From Epiperipatus broadwayi (lineage: Eukaryota > Animalia > Onychophora): a stretch of DNA of 64,000 nt. The stretch covers positions 10,974,001 to 11,038,000 of the forward strand of contig JAQFVV010000005.1 in the NCBI GenBank assembly GCA_028023455.1, given 5' to 3'. This document shows positions 25,326-36,856 of the stretch, piece after piece. Both the position numbers and the translations under genes were made by a program. Under the pieces are notes generated by a model, which saw only the letters and a list, made by a program, of their open reading frames with translations, was not told the DNA's origin and searched no databases. Each line of letters opens with the position of its first letter. The stretch's first letter is position 1.

Positions 25326-28300
25326 ACATATCACCTACAATAGGAGTACGGGTTGGATCCCAAAGCGTGAAGGCTTTATTAGATTCCCGAGGAATATTCA
25401 TTATTCATAAGGATGACTGTGAAGAGAGAGAAACAATGAATGTATCACCTACAATAGGAGTACGGGTTGGATCCCAAAGCGTGAAGGTTTTATTAGATTC
25501 CCGAAGTCAGATATCGATAGTATCAAGGACACGGGTAAATACTCTCAAGGAAGACAACACCATCATCATGCAACTCCCGACTCACCCTATTACATTAACA
25601 CTAGCAAATGGAAAAAAACTGTGAGAATTATCAGGTGTGGTTAGAGATTGGTTTCAGAAAAACTTACACAGGCCACACATTCCTGATAATGTCAGGACTA
25701 ATCTATGACATAGTACTAGGATCTGACTTTCTGCAACAACACCACTGCATCATTAATTATTCCAAAAGGACCTGTCAGGTATACAATGAAAGTATCCATT
25801 TTGAAATCAATAATCAACATGTGGGGGGGGGAAGTTGCCTCAATCAGCTGGTTGATCTGGCCTTAATCGCAACCAAGGTATGAGAGGCAGATCTTCAAGA
25901 AACCCGGACAAAGACTCCATATGTTTTTTCAAACACTCCTGGTAAGATCAGAGGATATACTCACCGAATATGGATCAAAGATGAGTCCTATACTCAATCC
26001 AAGATGTATCCAATTCCCTTCCAGTATAAGTAGAAATGCAAATTAAACAAATGAGAGTGGGACATTGAGCATAGCTCATACCCATACAATAACTCCCTTT
26101 GTGGTCAAGAAAAAGAATGGGAACCTTCAGCTGTGTCTTGATGCCTGCCATCTTAATAGTATAACAATCCCTGAGACACACCTCCACCCATACAGGAAAT
26201 ATTTGTTCAGCTAGCTGGAAAAACTTTTCCACCTTGGACCTTACTGCCAGCTACTGGCAGATGATTTTGGACCCACAGGACCAGAAGTATACTGCCTTCA
26301 GATAAAATGGTCACACCCATGTATTCGAAAGGGTCCTGTTTGGACACACCAATAGCAGGGCGGGATTGACACAATGTCTGAAGCAAGTAATATCCAATGA
26401 CATGTAGCAACCCATGGTATGCTACATCGATGATATTGTCATTGCCTCAAAGGACTATGAGGAACATTTGAAATACTTGAAACAGTTCTTCAGGGAATGC
26501 CAGAGGGAAAATATCACAATTAACTTGGAAAAGAATAAATTCGCAATTCAAGAGATAACATTTTTACATCACATAATAAACAAGCATGGGGTAAAGGTCC
26601 ACCCCATAAAGGTGGATGCTATTGAGAATTTTCCAACTCCTCAGAACTGTAAACAGCTCAGATCCATTTTTAAGATTATGTAATTTTTATCACAGGTTTT
26701 ATCCACGGTTTGCCTGTGAAACTACAAACCTTGTTAACTTGCTAAAAAAGGATCAAAAGTGGAAGTGGACAATGATTCATGATCAAGACCTCAATATCAT
26801 AAAGCAAAATTTCCTGCATACCATTATGCTACATCACTCTGACTTCAGAAGGCCATTCTATGTACAGATAGTAGCAGAAGGGGCCTGGGTGCAGTGTTAT
26901 TCCAGATCGGCGAAGATGGAGAACATCGAGTGCTCTATTTTAGCAGCCGAACTTTGAAAACAGCAGAGGTGAATTATACTACTACCAAGCATGAGATCCT
27001 TGCCATTGTTTGGGCCTGCCAAAAATTCCTTACTGGGCTCCGAAGTAGCCATTGTCACTGACAACAAATGCTTAATGTTCTTAAATAAAATTTCTTCACA
27101 AATGATCATCTCATCAGGTGGAGCTTGACATTGCAAAAATTTAGATAGGGTGTATTGCCCTGGGCTGGTGAATGTAGTGGCTGATATCCTGAGCCATCAC
27201 CCTGTACCAATCCAAGCACAAAACCCCCAATTGTTCGACAATACAAAATCATGGCAATCTCCAAGGGCGCATCAATAGAATCTGAATTGAAACACCTCCG
27301 ATATTGGCAGACTTACAATATTGTCAGATTATTCATGAATTACAGAAATGGTAGCTCTAACTTTATAAACCCCCCTAAGAGGAAACATGCAATATCGATT
27401 AAGGGATGATGTTCTGCAAACATACATCCTGGGAAAAGATGACTCATGGAAAATCATGACTCCCCATAAATTAAGAATCCAGCTCATAAATGATGTGCAC
27501 CAGGAAGACTGCAGAGGCCCTAAAAAGGCAGTTTTACTGGCCAGCCACGTATAGCTAAATCCTCCTTACCTTAAGAAAATGTGCCAAGTGTGCACAAAAT
27601 AAAATTCCCTAACCAATCATATGCCAGTACCATTCAACCCATCACACATCCAAACCTAATGAATTGCTGGCAATCAGTCATTATGGCCCCCTTCCTTCAT
27701 TCTGGAGGTTTCATTACCTCCTGGTCACATATGATGTGTTTTCAAAATATGTGTGGGCTTACCCAGTCAGGGCCACTGATTCTAGCAACACCATCCGTGT
27801 TCTACAAAACAGGCAATTTTTAGAAGTGGGGAAAATGGACACCATTCTCTCTGACCATGGCTCTGCATTGACTTCTAAGAAGTGGAAAGTTTGGGTGTCT
27901 AAACAAAATTTGAAACACCATTTAACTTCCATTAGAAACCCCGTCAAATCCTTGCGAGGGGGTTACGAGAGAAATCAATCGACTCTTCCACATGTATACT
28001 CCTACGGATCATCATGGCTGGGTAAATAAAACCAATGAAATCATCTTACATAAACCATACCATTAATGAGTCCACTGGGTTCACTCCAAGAAGACTCCAT
28101 TTTGGAGAACCATGCCTGGATATCTTCAGGACATTTCTCCCAAAGGACTGCCCACCTATCGACCCCAGCAAAGATCAAAGGGATGCTCAGGTACGATTGG
28201 CTCACATGGCTTAGTCTCATTAAAAGGGGACGCATTCAACACATGGCTTAGTCTCATTAAAAGGGGACACATTCAACAACACCAATTTCATGTAGGGGAC

Positions 28301-28480
28301 GTCTGGTTGAGAGCACCAAAACCTAGCAACATGACAAAAAGGGAATTCAAGAAATTTTTTCCAATGTGTATAATGGACCATACCGTATCCAACAAAATAT
28401 AGGGACAATGCTTTCCTGTTGGAAGGGGATGATGGTGTGAAAAGGAGCTTCAATGCCAGACAGCTATAACCATGTTACTC
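25322..28480 (+). pseudogene. Gypsy pol remnant (aspartic protease, RT, RNase H, integrase)
   Basis: LLDSRSQISIVS (protease); VVKKKNGNLQLCLDA and VCYIDDIVIAS (RT); GLGAVLFQ...EVNYTTTKHEILAIVWAC (RNase H); FYWP and CxxC, YGPLP...TYDVFSKYVWAYP, ILSDHGS (integrase). Multiple frameshifts. Confidence 0.92.
28203..28276. repeat. 37-bp tandem duplication after the integrase core
   Basis: CACATGGCTTAGTCTCATTAAAAGGGGAC(G/A)CATTCAA occurs twice. Confidence 0.95.
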
Positions 28481-28727
28481 TAGAACCAGGAAAGAAAAAA
28501 AAATTGGATAGTCAAATTCTTGCAGACATTAATAAAATCCAAAAGATTATAAATGAATGTAATAATAAAGTCCAACCAATGAAAGGGTATATTAGAGTAA
28601 GTTGGCTATAGTTTTATTTAAGAATGGTGTGACATTGTTATCTGGTTGCTCTTCTCGCCACCTACAGACCTGAAGTATAATTTTTTTTCCATCAAATTTT
28701 TTTCCCATCATTTGATGTGGGGAAGTA

Positions 28728-30067
28728 CGAGGCAGTCACTCTTTAGTCAGAGTGAGCTTCATGTTTTTTCTACCTAAAAAAAACTAACCATTGACAAGGG
28801 TTCAGACCCAGAAATTATATCTAAAGTACTAATATTGCCATCACTTACTACATCGCAACTTATATATATATTTAAAATATGCAAAAACTTTCTTGTATAT
28901 ATTTATGTTTTGAATTTTGATTGTTATTTTTGAATATCTGTGATTCTATATTTTACTTTTTTAAAGAAAATTTATAATCACATAATTTGTAATTTTCATT
29001 TTTGTAAAAATTATTTGCATTTAATTTCACCTTGTAAAATAATAAAAGATATAACCAAAATGGCAGGTTCAGGTCAACCCATTGTGAAGTTTTCTTCGCT
29101 AATAAGTTTAAAAGCTTGATTTTCTTTAATCAAAATATTATCATAGTTTTACTTTTATAATTTAAAGATGAATTAAAAAGTTTTGCTAATGAAAGTGATT
29201 TGAGCCTTATCTTCTTATCTCTTTTAATTAAAAATGGTCTATAATCTGCTCAGGAATTTATTGTCTCATCTGACTCTGGGCAAATGAGCCAAAGCATTCC
29301 TGTAATATCTTGGGTGATATAAATAGAGTAGATTGGAGATAAGAAAGTCTGTCTTACACTTTTTGCTTTACTTTTTTGTGCTGTTTTAAAATGAGTTGAG
29401 TAGGGCCTGAATCGTCTTTCCCTGTGCCTCTCAAAGCTGCCTCTAGTATGATGCCATGAAACTCCTGCCATGGAAGAATATTGCCACCGATGAAAGATCC
29501 ATAGTGACCAAGACTGTTGACCATTAGGCTGATCCCCGCAACTGAAGTTCAGAGAATTAACTATTTAACCATTCACCCCAAGTATGCCGAGGTAACAGTC
29601 CAATAGCTATGTAAAGTTGTCAATACTTACCTCTAAATACTAATTGGTTTTTTTATATATTTATATTTAAGCTTTACTTGTAAGACCTCTCTATATACGT
29701 AATATATTTTCTTATAATACTAACTCCGATTTCACTTTATTCTAGCTTTATAATTCTGTGCATTGTTTAATATCTTTTCAGTTTTCTTTAGTAATATGCC
29801 AGTTCAGCTCAACCTCGCGAGTTTAATATATAATTGTTTTTGTTTTTTTTTAAAAAAAAACAAAAGCAAAGTAAATTGTAATGATAAGGATTTATTTATC
29901 ATTCACTCCCTGTAAGATTGAATATATATTATGTTAAAAAAGACTCAATATATATTATGTTAAAAAAGACTCACGGGGTTGATCGTTCTAAAACTCTTGT
30001 TTAATTAATTTTTTTTTCTATTTTTGGTCATGAAAGATCATATTGAATGAAGTGTTAATTACTGTCA
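28728..30067 (+). repeat. Downstream LTR
   Basis: Starts CGAGGCAGT right after the PPT and ends ACTGTCA; colinear with 21460-22788. Confidence 0.85.
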
Positions 30068-31716
30068 TCACCAAATGGGCCAAACAATTGGAAGTTTTAA
30101 TTTTGGGTAGTTGTAACATGCCACATGGTGATGCTGCAGTACCATCAACAACCGGTAAGAAGCCTGCAAGTGATAAATTTCTATTCAAAAAATGGCTGAA
30201 ATCGTCGATGGAAAAAAAAAAAATTCAAAAATCACTGAAATCAGTGATGGAAAAAAACCCACTAAAATCATTTTAAAATGCCTGAGGCAATCAAACAAAT
30301 ACATGGAAAGTACAAAATATAATTAAAAATACTTTACAAGAGGAAACAAAACATTTGGACTTTTATTTACAACATAATCCTACTATGTACAATGGGCAGT
30401 TTTCATCTATTCATAGAAAGAAATCAATAACTCAAGGCATTATAATATATATAAGAACTTAAATCTCTCCAGTATCCATTATGGCATAATTAAAATCTAT
30501 TCTCACCATTAGCTTAATATTGATTGAATAATAAGCAGTTATTCTTTAGTAGTTGTGTCAATAGTGCTCCTACCCATGCTATGTGTGATTTCCATGATCA
30601 AAACATCCAAATACAATATATTCACAAAGGAATAAAATTTCATTAGTTTGAATTTTGCATTTATATGTTTTTAATTGACAATGGCTATCTTTAAGTTGAA
30701 GATAAACATATCTTTTCTTTATCAATTTGTATCTCATTTCTTTGTAGACTCATTTTTCTTAAAAATTAATGATTCTGTAAAACTTTTTATTTTGTAGCTT
30801 ATTACATTATCAAACTACTTAATGCCACCATTATCTTCTATAAAATAAGAATAACAATTTTATATACCATGAAATAATCACTAGATGGAGATTGCAGAAC
30901 CACATCAGTTAGATTGATAGATATTTAATTGTTACTTACTAAGTTTTATAAATTCTCTTTTGTAATAACTACAAAAAAATTTATCATCTGTAATTCAGTT
31001 GCAAGACTGACAGTAACAAACACATTATAAATCTGTGTGATTTAATTTATTGAATCAGTTATAAATGAAACATTTCTCAGTGCAGCAACTATTTGACGTA
31101 TGTTAAAATACAGTCAGTATAATTGCTGCAAATTTATTCAGTTAGAATTCATGGGCAGGGACTAAGCTTGTCATAAAAAAAGGGGAACCATTAATTTTAG
31201 AACCCCCCCTATATTGGGGGGGTTTTAAAAAAATATTTTAAAAATGGGGGGTAAATATTTATTTTACATATCTTAATGTAATTTATTCTTTCAAAAAATT
31301 AATTTGTTTTGTTTCAAAATAAATTATATTTTTTTTTAAATAAAAAAAAAAAATAAAATCAATGTTTTAAAAAAACCTAGTTCTTAGATCACAAAACATT
31401 AATTTGCTGTTAATGTGCAATTATTTCTACTAAGAATATAAAGATATTCTAATATATAAAATGATAACCAATGCTTCTGCAGGTATCTCAATTACATTTT
31501 GCTATAAATTGTTAGTTTTTAAGAAAAGAAAAATAGGCAAAATCTTATATTAATATACATATTCTATAGTGATATTGTTTCATTATCAGTTGAAATGAAT
31601 AGTCTGTAACTTTTAAATCTATCATAGTAGATTTAAAAAATAGCATTAACCCAATTTTTTTAGAAAGGATGCCACAAAATTGGCTTTTTAGATTTAAATC
31701 AGAAATTATCACTTAT

Positions 31717-31894
31717 TTATTATCATTTTCATAGTAGATCAATATTATAAACTTATCAAAACTAAAATGTCATGGAAATTGTATGAAAATCTCAATTACA
31801 TCATATTATTATCATTTTCATAGTAGATCAACATTATAAACTTATCAAAACTAAAATGTCATGGAAATCGTATGAAAATCTCAATTACATCATA
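31717..31894. repeat. 89-bp tandem duplication spanning the ZF1 stop codon
   Basis: TTATTATCATTTTCATAGTAGATCAA...CTCAATTACATCATA occurs at 31717-31805 and 31806-31894. Confidence 0.95.
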
Positions 31895-33598
31895 ATCTGT
31901 GAAATGATTAGCTTCATGATTTTCTATATTAAATTTTTCAGTAGTTTTATAATCACACAAATAACAGTTAAAAATTCCAGTATTGGGACAATATTGATTG
32001 TATATTCCTATGTCTTCATTCTGATAAATGCTTTGAGATTGTTCAACATGAATACATTTCTTAGAATTCATTAATGAACTGTAAGCTGATTTGTAATCAC
32101 CTAAGGCCCAAATAAAAACCTTTTCTCCTGTATGTGTCTTTTCATGCCTTGCTAAATTCTTTTTGGCAACAGCTTTATAATTGCATAAGTTGCAAAGGAA
32201 GGTTTTTTCTCCTGTGTGTCTTCTTTCGTGCATTTTTAAATGACTTTTGATAGCAGTTTTATAAGAACACAAGCTACAGTGAAAAGGTTTTTCTTTAGTG
32301 TGCAAACTTATATGAATTTTTAAACTTCTTCTTACAGCAGTCTTGTAATCACAGAAGCTGCATTGAAATGGCTTTTCCCCTGTGTGTATTCTCTCATGAA
32401 GTTTTAAATAATTTTTTACAGCAGTCTTATAATTGCATGAGGAGCAGTGATAAGGTTTTTCACCAGTATGCAAACTTTCATGAATTTTTAAAGTACTTTT
32501 ATCAGCAGTCTTATAATCACACATGCTACAATAGAAGGGTTTTTCACCAGTATGTTTTCTTTCATGTCTTTTCAAACTACTTCTTTGAGCAGTCTTGTAA
32601 TCACATGAACTACAATGGAATGGTTTTTCTCCTGTATGTGTTCTCTCATGCATTTGTAAATCATGTTTTATAGCAGTTTTATAATTGCACATGCCACACT
32701 GAAATGGTTTTTCTCCAGTATGTAACATTGCATGAGTTTTTAAACAACCTCTTTGAGTAGTCTTGTAATTACATAAAGAACAGTGAAACGGTTTTTCTCC
32801 TGTGTGTGTTCTTTCATGTATTTTTAAATGTGATTTCACTGCAGTTCTATAATAACATGAGTGGCACTGGTAAGGTTTTTCGCCTGTATGTGTGCTCTCA
32901 TGCAGTTTTAAGTGAAACTTTACTGCAGTCTTATAATAGCATTGGTCACACTGGAAAGGTTTTTCTCCTGAATGTATTGTTTCATGCATTCTTAGCCTGC
33001 TCTTTAAAATAGTCTTGTAATCACACGAACAACATTGAAAAGGTTTTTCTGCTGCATGTATTCTCTCATGCTCTTTTAAATTATTTTTTCCAGTAGTTTT
33101 ATAATCACACAATCTGCAATGGAATGTTTTTTCTCCTGTATGTTTACTTTCATGTAGTTTCAAACAATTTTTCCCAGCGGTCTTATAATCACATATGCTA
33201 CAATTAAAATTTTTTTCTCCAGCATGTAAACTTTCATGAATTTTTAATGTATTTTCATCAGCAGTAGTATAATCACATAAGCTACAGTGAAACGGATTTT
33301 CTCCATTATGTTTTCTTTCATGTCTTTTTAAACTACTTTTTTGTGTTGACTTATAATCACATGAACTACAGTGAAAAGGCTTTTCACCAGTATGTGTCCG
33401 TTCATGTAATTTCAAATTATATTTTGTAGAAGTTTTATAAGGACATAAGTTACAGTGAAAAAGTTTTTCTCCAGTAAGTAAACTTCCATGAATATTTAAA
33501 CTTTTACTTTGAACAGTTTTGTAATGCCATGATGCACAATAGAAAGGTTTTTTCCCTATATGTGTTTCTTCATACATTTTACAATAACTTCTAGTCAC
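31859..33598 (-). CDS. Tandem C2H2 zinc-finger protein (ZF1), about 17 intact fingers
   Basis: 579-codon ORF of 28-aa F-x-C-xx-C-DYKT-x7-L-xx-H-xxx-H-TGEKP repeats, with 16 contiguous intact fingers plus one isolated C-terminal finger. The ORF-track start is GTG and the first ATG is at 33577, so the true start or upstream exons are uncertain. Confidence 0.9.
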   Translation of the reverse strand: MTRSYCKMYEETHIGKKPFYCASWHYKTVQSKSLNIHGSLLTGEKLFHCNLCPYKTSTKYNLKLHERTHTGEKPFHCSSCDYKSTQKSSLKRHERKHNGENPFHCSLCDYTTADENTLKIHESLHAGEKNFNCSICDYKTAGKNCLKLHESKHTGEKTFHCRLCDYKTTGKNNLKEHERIHAAEKPFQCCSCDYKTILKSRLRMHETIHSGEKPFQCDQCYYKTAVKFHLKLHESTHTGEKPYQCHSCYYRTAVKSHLKIHERTHTGEKPFHCSLCNYKTTQRGCLKTHAMLHTGEKPFQCGMCNYKTAIKHDLQMHERTHTGEKPFHCSSCDYKTAQRSSLKRHERKHTGEKPFYCSMCDYKTADKSTLKIHESLHTGEKPYHCSSCNYKTAVKNYLKLHERIHTGEKPFQCSFCDYKTAVRRSLKIHISLHTKEKPFHCSLCSYKTAIKSHLKMHERRHTGEKTFLCNLCNYKAVAKKNLARHEKTHTGEKVFIWALGDYKSAYSSLMNSKKCIHVEQSQSIYQNEDIGIYNQYCPNTGIFNCYLCDYKTTEKFNIENHEANHFTDYDVIEIFIRFP

Positions 33599-33599
33599 A

Positions 33600-34400
33600 G
33601 ATTATTTTTAAAACATGAATAATAACACCATAAAAGACAGAGTTTTATAATCATAGGTGCTCTTTGGTAGATTTCTCTTCCATATGTATACTATAAGACT
33701 TTCTTTCCTTCTAAAATAGTTGTATCGTTGAAATACTTTTAATGAAATATTTCATAAAATATAAAATTAGTTTGTAAAATTAGTTTATAATCACAATGTT
33801 ACAATAAAAATATTTCCTCCTGTTAATGTCCTTCCTTTCATATAATTGTTTTTAGAGCAGCCTTATAGTTACATCTGTAAAAAAAAGATTTCCATATTTT
33901 GCTATTTTTGCAATGTATTTTTAATTTCTTTTTGGCATCAATCTTATGATCACCCAATGTGCAATGGAAAAACAATTCTGCTTTATATATTCTTTTATGA
34001 AATTTTATTTTTTACAGCAATCATGTAATCACATAGCCAGCCATGAGGATTCTTCAATAAATTCACTTATGAACAATTAATGTACTTTTATGAGTCATCT
34101 TGACACAGCAAAAATTATAATAGTTTTTATTCTGTATCTTTTTTTTTATGTATTCATTCAAGGTTTTTTGTTTCACAACTGGAAATGATGCATTGTAAAT
34201 ATTTTTTTCTATATAAATTATTTCATATACTTTTAAAGTATATTTTCTAACAATTTTGTAATTGAAAAAGCTGCACTGAAAATGTTTTTTTTATATCACT
34301 TTTAGCAAATATGCTGGTCATCCATAATAATATAGTTGGTTTTTAAATATTTTCTATTGTGAAGGGATTTTTATGTGCATTTTAAAACAATTTAATGAGT
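33600..34400 (-). pseudogene. Frameshifted or stopped zinc-finger repeats upstream of ZF1
   Basis: Minus-strand remnants FHCTLGDHK, YRCNYKAAL, HCDYKL, LCDYMIAVK and FQCS are interrupted by stops. Confidence 0.7.
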
Positions 34401-36086
34401 ATTCTTACTAGTTTCTAAATTTTATGGTTAAATAATTTTAATTAGAAAAGCTGCATTAATAAAAAAAATTTTTTTTTTCACTATTTTTAAAATGTACTCT
34501 TTGATCATTTTCTGAACAGAATATATACACTTGCTACTTTTTTTGATTTTTACTATAAATTGATATAGAATATTACTTATTGTAAATATATACATTGCAA
34601 TAGTGGGCAAAAGAATTTATTCCTATAGCAATTGCTTTAACTCTTTATGTACTCTTATCTATTACACTGTATGTAAAAAAATATATTGTTTATGGTTGAT
34701 TATCATTTAAGATTTAGAGGAATATTGTCAAATGCTCTGGGGTGTTTTATGAGCATCTTATTCCAATAGTGGTTAAAAGTTAAAATATTTTAACTTACAT
34801 TTGGCATCACAGATGAAGATTTGGGGAAAAACAAATTAATAAAATAAAATTTATAACTCACATTTCTGAATTCTATTTTTAATATTTTATGATTTTAAAT
34901 GTTTTATATTAACAAAAAATTGATATTAAGATTTCAACAAAATACCAGATTCATATTGAAGTTACCAATAAATGCTTTAACTCATGAGTTTATTTTATCA
35001 ACAATTATATCAATTTCAAGATATAACACTTCTCAATATTTTACTTTATCCATTTTATAATCTTTTTGCTATTTTCATAAAAGGTATTATATCAAAAACA
35101 AATAGGCATATTTCATATATAAATACATTCTGTACACCTTTACTTAATTAAAATTCTAATCACAATGTCAAAATTTTGACACACTTAAAAGGTAAATTTT
35201 CTTTAGAGATATTAATAACTTTTCACTGAGGTACTATTAGTTATAGGGTGTCATGATATCTTAGTAAATCCCATTTCTAATTTTATATTTTTCCAAATAT
35301 AAATATATATATAAAATCATCCTTGAAATCAAATCTTACTATTTTAACATAACAGTAGTATTTCATTAGAAAATCTGACACCACTCATAAACATTAGCTA
35401 TCCAATGTGTTATTTTCTGTGACTATAATAATCATAAATATATAAATTTAATACTTAAATATCTGTTATTTCAAGGCTGTCAACAATCACTGAAGAGAAT
35501 TAGTGTGATAGCAGGAAATAATTTTAGCGAGAAATACAATGATCAAAGTTCAATATATATCAATTAATATATCAAAGAAGGTATTTTAGTGAGTCATTGA
35601 GGATCCACTTGTATAGGGTGTTGCAGATTCTAGCATGATTATGATCAATCACATACATACATTAAGCTGAAGTTATGTGATTTGCTGCTAATCTAAAGAA
35701 AACACAAAAATACAATAAATAATATAATAAATATATATGAAATGCTAAAAGTACAATTTATTAAATATATTTAAAAAAAAAAACATTTCAATCTCAATAT
35801 ATTATTAATCTGATTGAATTTATTTATTTGTCTAAAATTTATATACTTATAAATGTCAAATAATATGCAATGGAGCTGCAACAGCCACTATTTCAATTTA
35901 AAAAAATAAATAAATAAAAACATTAAAATTCATAATTTAGAAAAATGTAAATTTTATACTTATATATATTATGTATTGATAAGCGACAACATTTTTTGCC
36001 TTGCACAATTATTATATATTACATGCTCTCATTTTATCACAGCAGTCGAATTCAGATTAAATTTCTTTACTTTTTTCCCCCAAAAT

Positions 36087-36178
36087 TTAAATTTTATATG
36101 AAATGGTTTCAAAGCATAAAGGTTAGTGATGGTTAAATTTTATATGAAATGGTTTCAAAGCATAAAGGTTAGTGATGG
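36087..36178. repeat. 46-bp tandem duplication
   Basis: TTAAATTTTATATGAAATGGTTTCAAAGCATAAAGGTTAGTGATGG occurs twice. Confidence 0.95.
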
Positions 36179-36755
36179 TAGTAAACCTATTAAGACTGCT
36201 TTGTATTGCAAAAAAGTAGACATCATCCACTCATGAAATAATGAAGAAAAAAACAAATCTAATAAAATTTAAAAAATATATATGTATATAATGGTGCAGC
36301 AAGTTGTTGTTTTTTTTGAGAATATGACACACACCAATTCTAATATATGGAAATACATTATGTGTCCTCAATTTGTTAGTCATTGTCTTTTGTATAATTG
36401 CATTATTCTATTTTTTAAAAAAAATATTTTTGCTGATAATCTTAATTTTATATGTATTGTAATTTCTTTAAGTTGTATTATAGATATGTGTATGTACATG
36501 TAAAAAATCATCTGTATTACATATATATATATATATAATGGGCGAACAATACAGTAAACAAAGTATAAACTATTATTCACTAATTTATAACGTTTCCACT
36601 AGAGGGCTTGGGATAAAATATAAAACATAGAATCTATTCTGTATATGCAAAACATGAAAAAAATTTAATGTTACTTTGGAAAAACTCAAATATTTTTCTA
36701 GAGACTGAGATCTAGTGTTCAGCTATCTACTTTGAGGAACATTTTAAAATAAGAC

Positions 36756-36856
36756 TATGTATGTGTGTGTATTATATAAAATTAATAACTTAATATTATG
36801 AAATGTATGTATGCGTGTGTGTATTATATAAAATTAATAACTTAATATTATGAAAT
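36756..36856. repeat. About 50-bp tandem duplication with (GT)n
   Basis: TATGTATG(T/CG)TGTGTGTATTATATAAAATTAATAACTTAATATTATGAAAT occurs twice. Confidence 0.9.

Larger units (their letters stand above)
21460..30067 (+). mobile_element. Decayed Ty3/Gypsy LTR retrotransposon
   Basis: Two about 1.33-kb direct repeats flank gag-PR-RT-RH-IN in Gypsy order. Polypurine tract GGGGAAG (28719-28725) lies just before the downstream repeat. No matching TSD was found and no env was seen. Confidence 0.9.

Noticed and set aside
28480-28727. Possible env gene or chromodomain after integrase
   Set aside because: Only about 250 bp separate the pol remnant from the PPT, with no ORF, signal peptide or TM segment.
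31201-31224. C7-TATATT-G7 hairpin as a terminator or Helitron end
   Set aside because: Eukaryotic context, no downstream CTRR end, and homopolymer hairpins are common in MITE interiors.
31856-34028. Plus-strand ORFs overlapping ZF1 (31856, 32368, 32806, 33846)
   Set aside because: Antisense shadows of repetitive finger codons with no independent coding signal.
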